64,000 nt of DNA, taken from contig CM000208.1 of assembly GCA_000002445.1 (NCBI GenBank), forward strand, positions 3,808,001 through 3,872,000, written 5' to 3'. A program made the translations under genes and the position numbers. How positions within the stretch are numbered: the stretch's first letter is position 1; the number at the start of each line of letters is the position of its first letter. The notes below the pieces were generated by a model. The model saw nothing but the letters and a program-made list of their open reading frames with translations, was not told the DNA's origin and did not search any database. This stretch comes from Trypanosoma brucei (Eukaryota). Shown here in pieces: positions 19,859 to 29,296 of this stretch.

Positions 19859-20341
19859 TGGACAGAGCATAGAGATAAATGATGTGCCATGAGCAACGCG
19901 CAGAAGCGGGCCTGAGGCCGTCCCCAAACTCAAAAACTCTGATGATCCCCGTCTCGAAGCCATTTTGCGCCCCCCACATCACATAGATTCAGGGGGTTGG
20001 TTCTTTCATGTGTGTCTCTTCAACACTTAATCTACTATCCCACGTCCCCCTTTCTCTTGATGCCACCTACTCATTTCTGCATTCACCCTCACTTTCCCCT
20101 TGATCACCTTGTCGCACGTTATTTCTAATGCAGAGCCAGAGGCACACAATTTTAATGTATATTCTTCATCCCCTTTGTTTCGTACCGATGGACCGTGCGT
20201 CGTAGTTTTATTAGGGTAAGGCGATTACCACCCCTGCGTCACCCTAACGGCCCCAGCCGGATACGTAGCCGGCACGTGCAACCACGCGAAAGCTGTAGCA
20301 GAAATTGACCGGGGGCTCACGCTTGGTGATACTCTCACGTG

Positions 20342-22684
20342 ATGTCTCTGGGATGTGATCAACACACGCACAACAGATTTAATGGACCCACAGAACACAG
20401 TGCCAGCTCGCACGGTATGCCATCTGAAGCCGGAGAAAAACGTTATGCCGCAGTGCATGATGCACAGCCGATTCAGGGTAGTGGTAAGCCGGCGGACAGT
20501 TCGGAATCACATGACCAGGCGCCCTACCCAGGCCCAAATCTGGGGCTGGTAACGGAGGCTATGACAATGGAGCGTGCGGTTCGCGTCCCACGGGCACTAC
20601 GAGCGGCAACGAGGCGAACGATGCTTGACGTGCTCGGCCACCTACATCTCACTGGTTGCCGCGAAGCCCACAACCACAGAGCCAATGCAACTTCCTGGCA
20701 AGATTACGCCCCACAGCGGCAGCAGTGGGAACACCAAATAGCAAGAGACACACGTACAGAGCACCATGGGTCGGACGAAAAGGAAGGAACAATACGCCAG
20801 CCCCCAAAGGATTTGTCGAGAAGCCTGCTGCATCTTCTACCCCCACGGCGAAGTGAGGTATCTGGTGGGTGTTTTGGTTTCAGCACAAATTCACGAGACT
20901 ACGGTGATGGTATCCCACCTTACGATTCCACAGCCGGTCCTGATGATGTCCGACCGAAATGGCGGCAGGGGATGGCAAATGCCGCGGAACGCGAGCAAAG
21001 CGATCGTAGGGTTGAAAGACAGCAGTCGAAACAGCGTTCATTGCTTTCTATACTCGAGGAAAGCGACTCAGAACCGAAGCACAACGCACGCCAAAAGTCT
21101 GGGCGCCAGTTCAATGAATTAGGCAATGTTGCACAAAAAAGGGGGAGGTGCTGTCCGTTGGATATGGATCTGGAAGATCCCCGTGATTCAGCCGGAAAGC
21201 CAGTAAAGCGTGCTACATCCTCATGGGGACGCTGGGAGGGCAATGATCTGATTGAGCCAGCACATTCCATTGCAGGCAGTGGGCCTCCCGCAACGCGTCC
21301 AAACAGAGTAGAGGTATTATTGGATGACGGAACATTGGGTCGGGGGTCAGTTTTTACCAGAAGTAGCACAGGTTCAACTGCGTCAGGAAGGGGTGAAGGC
21401 AGACATAGTTTAGCTGATATCCTCGCAACCGACGATGCGGATGATCGTTTTCGTGCCACGAATACGGTAGAGAGGCCAGAGGTGACTGCGGGGCGCGCAA
21501 AAGGTTCCGCTGCAATAAGGCGGTTGGCAGGTAACCCAACAGCGGAGCGAGTCATTGCCTACCTTACTCGCTCATTCAATGAATGGAAATTGAGTAGAAG
21601 TCTGTCTCATGCCCCTAAAAGGAATGATGAAACATACCCGATAACAGGGGCTACGTGTAGCTCGGCCATGCCACAGGGGTCTGGCACAGTTAGGGTCCAT
21701 TTGGGCTTTTTGGTTTCAAAAGTTGAGTGTGCTTTTTCTCTCTACATGCTCCGCGGGAGAATTGTGTGGGCGGATGAAAAAGTCAAAAGGGAAATTGAAA
21801 GCGACAACTTTCGCTCGTGTTTTACAGGGTTAAGGAGTGATGAACAAGGAGACTTCCTTGAACAGCAACAGCGGGGGATAGCAACAAACATTGAATGGAC
21901 CATCGTTTTAACGACCGATGCGTTCCGCCCGAATGTTGTGTCATCGGGTAAGAACATTTACCTCTCCCGACCGTTCTTCGTGTATCCTGCTGCACATGTT
22001 ATTGTTTCTTCCCTTAACATCACCACAGACGCTGCACAGATGCCCAATGGGCAGCACACCAAACGTCACCACTTCGAGAGCGGTGACGGGTTTGGGGAGT
22101 CGTGCAGTGACAAAAACAGGAATCACACTGATCACGCCAAAGGCGCGGCGACAACGGATACGATAACACCAGACCGCCGTCACACGGTCTCGCATGCCTT
22201 TTCCACTGATCCCTCTCCGTCTTGGGTCTACGACCCCCTGGTGCGCGAGGTCAAAAATAGGACTCCAACAGGCAGTTCGCACGGCATGATATGTGGGAGA
22301 GAACAGGGGAGAACCACCGTCATGCGATTGGGGCCACACATCGGACTCCACCCATGTGGAGAAGGGGCCGACAGTACCAAAAAACCTTCACATTCAGCGG
22401 CAAGCGACGCCCTTCATACAGACGTGGAAAACGACCCGGTGGGTGCCGGATTTCCCCGCGGCCCCGGGGAGGAATGGGAAGTTCCACTGGAGCTACTCTT
22501 GTCGCTGAGATGTCAGATCGCCGATAACATCCTCTCACCTTCCCCAAAGACCTCGCAGGGATGGGGTGGAGAAGCCATATTGGCTGAGGGTCATTCCTCT
22601 GATAGTCAGTTCTTGACTCCACCTCGCTCGCAGTTGAGACTGTCCTCGTCGCTTTCTTCTTTGCTAACGCCTGATGGTTGTTGA
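20342..22684 (+). CDS. Hypothetical protein.
   Basis: 780-aa ORF. The track start at 20339 is GTG; the first ATG is at 20342. No recognisable domain; a long uninterrupted ORF co-directional with its neighbours. Confidence 0.45.
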   Translation: MSLGCDQHTHNRFNGPTEHSASSHGMPSEAGEKRYAAVHDAQPIQGSGKPADSSESHDQAPYPGPNLGLVTEAMTMERAVRVPRALRAATRRTMLDVLGHLHLTGCREAHNHRANATSWQDYAPQRQQWEHQIARDTRTEHHGSDEKEGTIRQPPKDLSRSLLHLLPPRRSEVSGGCFGFSTNSRDYGDGIPPYDSTAGPDDVRPKWRQGMANAAEREQSDRRVERQQSKQRSLLSILEESDSEPKHNARQKSGRQFNELGNVAQKRGRCCPLDMDLEDPRDSAGKPVKRATSSWGRWEGNDLIEPAHSIAGSGPPATRPNRVEVLLDDGTLGRGSVFTRSSTGSTASGRGEGRHSLADILATDDADDRFRATNTVERPEVTAGRAKGSAAIRRLAGNPTAERVIAYLTRSFNEWKLSRSLSHAPKRNDETYPITGATCSSAMPQGSGTVRVHLGFLVSKVECAFSLYMLRGRIVWADEKVKREIESDNFRSCFTGLRSDEQGDFLEQQQRGIATNIEWTIVLTTDAFRPNVVSSGKNIYLSRPFFVYPAAHVIVSSLNITTDAAQMPNGQHTKRHHFESGDGFGESCSDKNRNHTDHAKGAATTDTITPDRRHTVSHAFSTDPSPSWVYDPLVREVKNRTPTGSSHGMICGREQGRTTVMRLGPHIGLHPCGEGADSTKKPSHSAASDALHTDVENDPVGAGFPRGPGEEWEVPLELLLSLRCQIADNILSPSPKTSQGWGGEAILAEGHSSDSQFLTPPRSQLRLSSSLSSLLTPDGC

Positions 22685-23147
22685 TCAGGACGGCATCCAT
22701 GTGCATGCGTGTAGCCGCTTTTCTAGTCCTTTGTATCAGTTATAGTGGAGGGGTGCGTATACCTTTTCAGTGTTTGGTTGCATTATTATTATTTTTTTTT
22801 AACAAACAGTGACGCTCTTTATGTGCTTACTGATGTGCGGCAAGCTACGATGCTCCGGGTCATTGCCTGCTTTTATCCCCTTCTATGTGTATTCGTTTTC
22901 TCATATTCGTGACCCTCAGCGGTGAAGTTGCACGTGAGGCGATTCAACTGCGCAAACACAACGTGTCCCTTGTTGATCACAATTTATTTCACGACAGTGA
23001 TGGTGAGTAACGTTTTTACTTCCCTGAATCCTGACAACCCTGGCCTAACTCACCGAGACCGTCGTTACCAAGGAGTAAGATAAACAGATAGGTACACCGC
23101 CAAAAAAAAAAGCAAGAAGCTACACAGAGCAAAAGAGGAGAAAAGAA

Positions 23148-23585
23148 ATGGCAAATGGCGTAACGGCAAACAGCATGCGGGTGAGTGTTAAGGCCCCAGA
23201 TCTCGGAGCATTTCCACTTGACCACTATCGTGAGTGTAAGAGCGAAATTGAGGAATATTACACGTGCCTCAGGAGTAACGATTACGTCACTCCCATGTGT
23301 CGTGAGCAGGTGCGGGCGTATTTGCAGTGTCGTATGGACCGCGGTCTCATGAAACCTGCTGATATTGAGGGCTTTGGTATTCCAGAAACAGAGTTTGTTC
23401 CAATGCGCCAACACCGCGCAGACATACGACAGCAGTGGTTACGGCAGAAGATGAATCAAGTCACGGCGGTGTGGGAAAGTTATAGGCGAGACGACTTGAA
23501 CGTCCCGGACGGTTATGAGCGGCCGAGGGGCAGCGACTCCGGTGGAAGACCGCAGCCGCTACCCGGCGAAACGAACAAAACATGA
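23148..23585 (+). CDS. COX19: COX19-like twin Cx9C (CHCH) protein.
   Basis: GAFPLDHYRECKSEIEEYYTCLRSNDYVTPMCREQVRAYLQCRMDRGLM contains two Cx9C motifs and the FPLDH motif. It aligns with human COX19 [22 protein letters not shown]...CRKESKEYLECRMERKLM (recalled from memory). Confidence 0.8.
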   Translation: MANGVTANSMRVSVKAPDLGAFPLDHYRECKSEIEEYYTCLRSNDYVTPMCREQVRAYLQCRMDRGLMKPADIEGFGIPETEFVPMRQHRADIRQQWLRQKMNQVTAVWESYRRDDLNVPDGYERPRGSDSGGRPQPLPGETNKT

Positions 23586-24352
23586 TGAGTGCCCAAGTGT
23601 GGCGCGAACAAGGCAGCAGTGATGGAGGTCTGTTGTCCATCCCTTTCCTTCTTCTACAACTCCCTTCTGATTAGCGCACGCGTGTAAAAAGTAGGGAAGA
23701 ATCATTACCACTTCGCAAGACGTGCAACGGCAGCACGACACATGTTTCTTTTTTGGCGCGCGATATCGGTCTGTTTTTTTTTTACTTTTACCGTTTTTTT
23801 TTTTAATCCGTTGGACGCACGTTGAGTTCCCTGTTCTATATTCCAATTTTGCTCGGTTTTGCGCAGCATGACCGTGTTTCATCCCTATCCCGGGCCTAAC
23901 TCTTTGGCCCAGTTTGTTGTTAAGGATACATTATAGTTAAATAATGGGAACCAAGGGTGTGACAAAAAATAAACGAAGAGGAACGGTGTATGAGTGAGAA
24001 GCACAAGGTTTTCGCCTATTTTTTGTTAGGTGAAAACGGAGGAAGCTGGGCTTTACGACAAACGCGTTCCCCCTCTCCGTGTTTATCTTTGCTAAGACGT
24101 ATAGTCTTTTTCCCGAGTGGCTGATGGCTGGTCACGGGGGTGGATCAGGGAGGGAAAAAAGGACATTGCATAAAAAACATATTCGTACGTTACACCTTTT
24201 TTTTATTCACAGCTGAAACTTTACTCATGTCTCACCCCCTCTTTTTAAAAAAAAAAAATAAGAAACTTTTCCTGGGCGTTTGGTTGGGTGGTAAACGGCC
24301 CTTTCCGGTGCAAAAGGGCAAAGCAACGGAAGACACGGTGTGACGTGGTCTA

Positions 24353-25555
24353 ATGAGCGAAAAGCTCCCCGTTGTGCTAGACAATGGGAGTGGCTTTCTC
24401 AAGTGTGGTTTTGCGGGGTCAAACTTTCCTGAAGTCTTCTTTCGGACCGCCGTCGGCCGCCCCGTTCTCCGCCAGACTAAAGTGAGTGAAGGCAGGAGTA
24501 GCAAAAGAAAAGATACACAAGTGGATCCACTGACGAAAGACCTTGTATTGGGTGATGAATGTAATGGTGCTCATCATCTTCTAGACATGACCTTTCCAAT
24601 ACACAATGGCGTCATCCAGAATATGGACGACATGCGTTATCTGTGGAAGCATGCTTTTCACAATTTGCTTTCTATTGAACCAGAGGATCACAGCTTACTA
24701 ATATCGGAGGCACCGCTCTTTAGTCACAAAGACCGCGTTAAGTTGTACGAGGTCATGTTCGAGGAATTCAAATTTCCATTCGTACAGTCCACACCGCAGG
24801 GAGTCCTCTCGCTGTTCTCCAACGGCCTGCAGACGGGAGTTGCAGTCGAGTGCGGCGAGTGCGTGTCGCATTGCACACCCATTTTTGAGGGTTATACAAT
24901 CCCCAAGGCGAACAGACGGGTAGACTTAGGTGGGCGGAATATCACCGAGTTTCTTGTCAGGCTTATGCAGCGGCGCGGATATAGTTTTAACCAAAGCAGT
25001 GATTTTGAAACGGTGAGGTGTATTAAGGAGCGGTTCTGCTACGCTGCTGTGGACCCCAAACTGGAGCAGCGACTAGCGCTTGAGACAACGGTGCTAGAAA
25101 AGACATTCCTACTACCGGATGGTTCCAGTTGCAGCATCGGACAGGAGCGCTTCGAGGCGACGGAGGCGCTGTTTCAACCACGTTTAATAGACGTCGAGTG
25201 CGAGGGCATTTCCTCCCAGCTCTGGAATTGCATTCAGGCCACAGATATTGACGTGCGGTTTGCTTTGTATTCGCACGTTGTACTTTCCGGTGGCTCAACC
25301 ATGTTCCCCGGTTTTCCCAGTCGTATTGAGCGCGACATGCGAGCCGCCTATTCCGAGAGAATAGTTAAGGGGGACCCAGAGAGGCTCTCTCGTTTTCCAC
25401 TGTGTGTTGAAGATCCACCTAGGCGTCGCTGGATGTCGTTTTTAGGTGGAGCAGCCCTTGCGGCGGTGACGGCTGGCAATCACGACATGTGGCTTAGTAA
25501 GAAGGAGTGGGATGAAGGCGGTGCTTCTGCCATACAGGCCCGATTTGGGGTTTAG
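24353..25555 (+). CDS. Actin-related protein (ARP).
   Basis: N-terminus LPVVLDNGSGFLKCGFAGSNFPEVFFRTAVGRP matches actin [32 protein letters not shown]. C-terminal LSGGSTMFPGFPSRIERDM matches actin LSGGTTMYPGIADRMQKEI. Confidence 0.75.
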   Translation: MSEKLPVVLDNGSGFLKCGFAGSNFPEVFFRTAVGRPVLRQTKVSEGRSSKRKDTQVDPLTKDLVLGDECNGAHHLLDMTFPIHNGVIQNMDDMRYLWKHAFHNLLSIEPEDHSLLISEAPLFSHKDRVKLYEVMFEEFKFPFVQSTPQGVLSLFSNGLQTGVAVECGECVSHCTPIFEGYTIPKANRRVDLGGRNITEFLVRLMQRRGYSFNQSSDFETVRCIKERFCYAAVDPKLEQRLALETTVLEKTFLLPDGSSCSIGQERFEATEALFQPRLIDVECEGISSQLWNCIQATDIDVRFALYSHVVLSGGSTMFPGFPSRIERDMRAAYSERIVKGDPERLSRFPLCVEDPPRRRWMSFLGGAALAAVTAGNHDMWLSKKEWDEGGASAIQARFGV

Positions 25556-25988
25556 ATCCCTTGCAAGTGTTCCTGTGGCCACATCGAAGATGGGGATCGA
25601 GTTGAGATTCTCCGCTCAGTGTGTGAAGGTGTCCACTCTTTGTTTTCGCCCACTCCTCTTTACAACACCCCTTAGCTGCGGTGATATTAGTGCCCACTTT
25701 ACTTAAAGTGATTAATGTCGTGTTATTCCCTTCCTTAAATCAGCTTTACCTCTTCCAGCTTCATCCCCACCTGCTTGTTTACACCTTTTCATTCAATGCA
25801 CACACACACCCCACACACCCATACACACTACTTTTAAGTCGTGGCTAGTGAAGTGAAGGAGGTGCAGCATCTCCGTCAAGGGGGGGAAAATTGAGGGCAC
25901 GCTAACAAGTGCCGTTCTACGCTGCAACATAACACAAAGGCACGTGTGCAACAGCATTTACCGCGGTTGCAGGGGTGCACAGGAAACC

Positions 25989-26612
25989 ATGGGTAAGAAA
26001 AAGAACACGGCGATGCACGCCATTAAAACTGTTTTGATGAAGGAAAAGAACCTTGCACAGAAAAAGAAGCGGGAAATGGATAGCCATCACGAAGTACCGG
26101 AGCAGGTGCTAACGAAGGTGAAGGATACTGCTGCTGTGCGCTTTCAGCGGAACCAATTAACCGTCGCAGCGCCGCTGCAAACGAACATGTTTCTCTCCTA
26201 CAACAAGAGTCTTGGACCGCCATTCCATATTTGGCTTGACACAAACTTCATAAACTTCTCCATGCAGAACAAGATTGAAATTGTGGAAGGATTGATGGAC
26301 TGCATGCTTGCGAAAGTCATCCCGTGTGTATGTGATTGCGTGATGGCAGAATTAGAAAAACTCGGAAAGAAATTTCGGATCGCGCTGAAAATCGCACGTG
26401 ACAAACGTTTCAAGCGTTTGACATGTGACGGCAAGTACGCGGATGACTGTGTTGTACGGACTGTAACACAACATCCAATTTACATCGTGGCAACATGCGA
26501 CCAGGAGCTTAAGCGGCGTCTGCGTAAAATACCTGGCGTACCCATCATGTACATTTCAAAGCATCGCTACACCATTGAGCGGTTACCAGAGGTCTATGGA
26601 GCTCCAGCTTAA
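25989..26612 (+). CDS. FCF1: rRNA-processing PIN-domain protein FCF1/UTP24.
   Basis: HIWLDTNFINFSMQNKIEIVEGLMDCMLAKVIPCVCDCVMAELEKLGKKFRIALKIARDKRFKRLTCDGKYADDCVVRTVTQHPIYIVATCDQELKRRLRKIPGVPIMYI is near-collinear with yeast and human Fcf1. The track start at 25944 is GTG; the ATG followed by GKKKN is at 25989. Confidence 0.85.
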   Translation: MGKKKNTAMHAIKTVLMKEKNLAQKKKREMDSHHEVPEQVLTKVKDTAAVRFQRNQLTVAAPLQTNMFLSYNKSLGPPFHIWLDTNFINFSMQNKIEIVEGLMDCMLAKVIPCVCDCVMAELEKLGKKFRIALKIARDKRFKRLTCDGKYADDCVVRTVTQHPIYIVATCDQELKRRLRKIPGVPIMYISKHRYTIERLPEVYGAPA

Positions 26613-26937
26613 CGATGCCCACACACAGCGGTAAATATGGCGGAAACACATTTCTGTGGGAATGCGTACAGGCACCTCCAAGCGGGTGGGTTTGTCTGTC
26701 TGTTAACTAAGTCGAGTAATCCGATTACCGTGAGGGGACGAGTGCATTGCGGTTGGTTAAGGTCTCAGTCCCTTCTGGGGTGGGGGAGGGAGAGTTTGCC
26801 TCAGCTGTGCGTTTTTCCTCCTCATTCTTCTGACCTGTGTATAAACTTATACCTGGGTACGACTCCTTATCGGTTTAATTTCATCGTTATGTCTTCTGCT
26901 CCCCTTTTACTGGCCTCCTACTGTCTCTCGGAAAACA

Positions 26938-27762
26938 ATGTGCCGGAAGCAGCCAGCTGCCGTTAGGATGACAGCAGTACCTGTGGCAGCTGCGGTCTTT
27001 GTCCTTCGTGGCGGCCCTGTACACTACGAAGGTGCCTGGCGCCGCGGTGCACAGTCTCTGGTTACCTTTAGCACACATGTGGGCTTGACACCGTCCTTCT
27101 CCCCTTCGGCAGTCCACATCGCCCCGCAGCTGTTCCAACGGCGGTGCCGCAGCTTTCACTTTTATCTCAATCTTAGCGATGCGGCGGAAACGCGGCGACA
27201 CGTCGAGGAGGACCTCGCACGTATCGACCAGGAGCACCAGCGCGGAACTATGACTCACCTCCATGCGCTGTTAAACCTTGCGCTCGCGCATTACCAAGGC
27301 GGGGATTACGTAGCGGCCCGGGAGTACGCGATTCACGTCCACGAAAGGACGTTGCAACACAGCAAGGATGCAACCTTCCTGTACTTCACGGCTACCACTT
27401 GTGCAAGGTGCGCTGGGGCTTTGGCCGATGCCTACGAGGCGCATGTGCGTGAAACAGAAGAGGCTGCTGCTGTGTCCTCAACATTAACACCACCCGTGTC
27501 AACTCTCCTTAGGGCAGAGCGGGTTATTGCGAAGCTTCGGGAGGATGCCAGAAGGTACGAAGGTATTGCGCAGCGAATGCTTAACCGACCGGATAAGGCC
27601 TTTATGCGGAAGGTGTCGACAACATGGACAGAAGACTCGCGGCAGGACGATGAGGAGCCGCAAGAACCTTTCGGAGAACAGTGGAAAGAGCGTCGCAAAC
27701 GACCGGAGCATGCGGCCATCCGGCAGCACTACAAGAATTGTGGTATTGGTGTACCGAAGTGA
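26938..27762 (+). CDS. Hypothetical protein, possibly TPR-like.
   Basis: ORF with ATG at 26938; the true start may be a later ATG. The helical segment LNLALAHYQGGDYVAAREYAIHVHERTL is TPR-like. Low confidence. Confidence 0.35.
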   Translation: MCRKQPAAVRMTAVPVAAAVFVLRGGPVHYEGAWRRGAQSLVTFSTHVGLTPSFSPSAVHIAPQLFQRRCRSFHFYLNLSDAAETRRHVEEDLARIDQEHQRGTMTHLHALLNLALAHYQGGDYVAAREYAIHVHERTLQHSKDATFLYFTATTCARCAGALADAYEAHVRETEEAAAVSSTLTPPVSTLLRAERVIAKLREDARRYEGIAQRMLNRPDKAFMRKVSTTWTEDSRQDDEEPQEPFGEQWKERRKRPEHAAIRQHYKNCGIGVPK

Positions 27763-28269
27763 ATGAAGTGGAGGTGCAACCACTGCTAGCACTAAATGGG
27801 AGAGATGTCACACTGATGTGGGGGACGTGGGGATGCCCACGGGGAAGAATAAGTTGCGTTGTTTGGTGGGGATGTTGGTCTCTGATATCCTTATTGAGAG
27901 TTGCAACGCGGCCCAACCTGACAGCTAGAAGTACAGGGTCGCGAGCGGCGTGTGTGTGTGTGTGTGTGTATGTGTATGCGTTGGGTGCTCATCACTGTGA
28001 TTGTCGCTGTTGTGGTGTGTTGCGTCGTAGAAAGAGCTGGTGCTATGGATCCCTTTGCTCTGTCATTTGTTTTACAACGTTTTTCTGCTCTAGCTATTAT
28101 AGCACCTCTCTTTCTCTGGAAGGTATTTCGAAGGGGCGGCACGTGGTCCTATTTCCTGAGGAGGACGCTGACGCACGTTGACAGTCGCAGAGGGTGACAA
28201 AAGTTGTACTAGTTTGTGCACAAGGGATACAAGACGGGAAAGAAGTTGGGGAACGCAGTTAAGGAAAAC

Positions 28270-29070
28270 ATGCGACGCTGCGCGGCATGCCTTACTTCGT
28301 TGACCGTTTCGAGCCCCACCGGTGCCGCTGTTGGTGCCTCTGCCGCGCCCTTGAAAACTCAAGCACCGAGCAATCGATCGCTTCTCGGGTACCCTCTGCG
28401 CCGTGCAGCAGCCATGGAGATGCTTTATGGTGGTATCTGTATCCAACATCTTGCACAACCGCCGTTCCCGCTGCGTACAATACAGTCGGAAAGCCTCCCA
28501 CCTCCATCACTACAGGGGGAACGTGATGACTTGGAGCTCGAAGTAAAAGACTCCACAGGTAATGTCATGGGGTATCGACTATTCCCCGTTAACATCGGCA
28601 TACGAGCCCGCACAGAATCCGTTCGAGTACGTAGTGAGGACTGTTATAAGCGCTTCTTGGCTCAAAAGCACTGTGCAGCGGCGGGTGTCCCTCTGCAGTT
28701 CCCCGCACCGTCGAGCATAACGAACAGCAACTGCCTCGCCACTCCAAGGGCCGCCTCTCACTTTCACCCGCCATCATCAAGTCTATCCCTCTTCACACGG
28801 CCAGCTGACTCCCAAGGTGGTGACGTTGGCCGAACGACGCCAGCAGATGTGGCCGCGTACCATCCGCGTGCATGGCGGCCTTATCAGATGCTGAAGCCAA
28901 TGCCACACAACTGGGGCCCAGCCGTCCGGTCCTCCGGTGTACGTGGGCCTCACATGCAGTTGTTGCAGGAACGGATCGACAAGAAGGGTTTTGGGTGGAA
29001 ACGCAAGTCTCGATCGCTGTGGCAACAGGATATTTCGACAGCTGGGTTTCGGCCCAAACGGTACTTCTGA
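28270..29070 (+). CDS. Hypothetical protein.
   Basis: The track start at 28216 is GTG; the first in-frame ATG is at 28270. No recognisable domain. Confidence 0.35.
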   Translation: MRRCAACLTSLTVSSPTGAAVGASAAPLKTQAPSNRSLLGYPLRRAAAMEMLYGGICIQHLAQPPFPLRTIQSESLPPPSLQGERDDLELEVKDSTGNVMGYRLFPVNIGIRARTESVRVRSEDCYKRFLAQKHCAAAGVPLQFPAPSSITNSNCLATPRAASHFHPPSSSLSLFTRPADSQGGDVGRTTPADVAAYHPRAWRPYQMLKPMPHNWGPAVRSSGVRGPHMQLLQERIDKKGFGWKRKSRSLWQQDISTAGFRPKRYF

Positions 29071-29296
29071 GGTTGGGGAATATATATGGTTGTGGTGGAC
29101 AGCAACAACTTTCTTTCCCTCCATTTTCTTTCGTGGGAAATGGACTGCCGTAACCATCGATTGGGCACAACAGGGATCACTTTCACTTTCCTATCTTCTT
29201 TGTTGAGAATATGGAGTAATCGTGTGCTTCACCGCTGTCGCCATTACCACTACCTAAAATACCCCTTAGTAGCAGTAATAATAGTGACAAGCAGTA

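Noticed and set aside
27681-28181. A 166-aa + ORF spanning the (TG)n tract between the genes at 26938 and 28270.
   Set aside because: It runs through a microsatellite, is Cys/Trp-rich and low complexity, and is in a different frame from its neighbours. It is judged an intergenic chance ORF.
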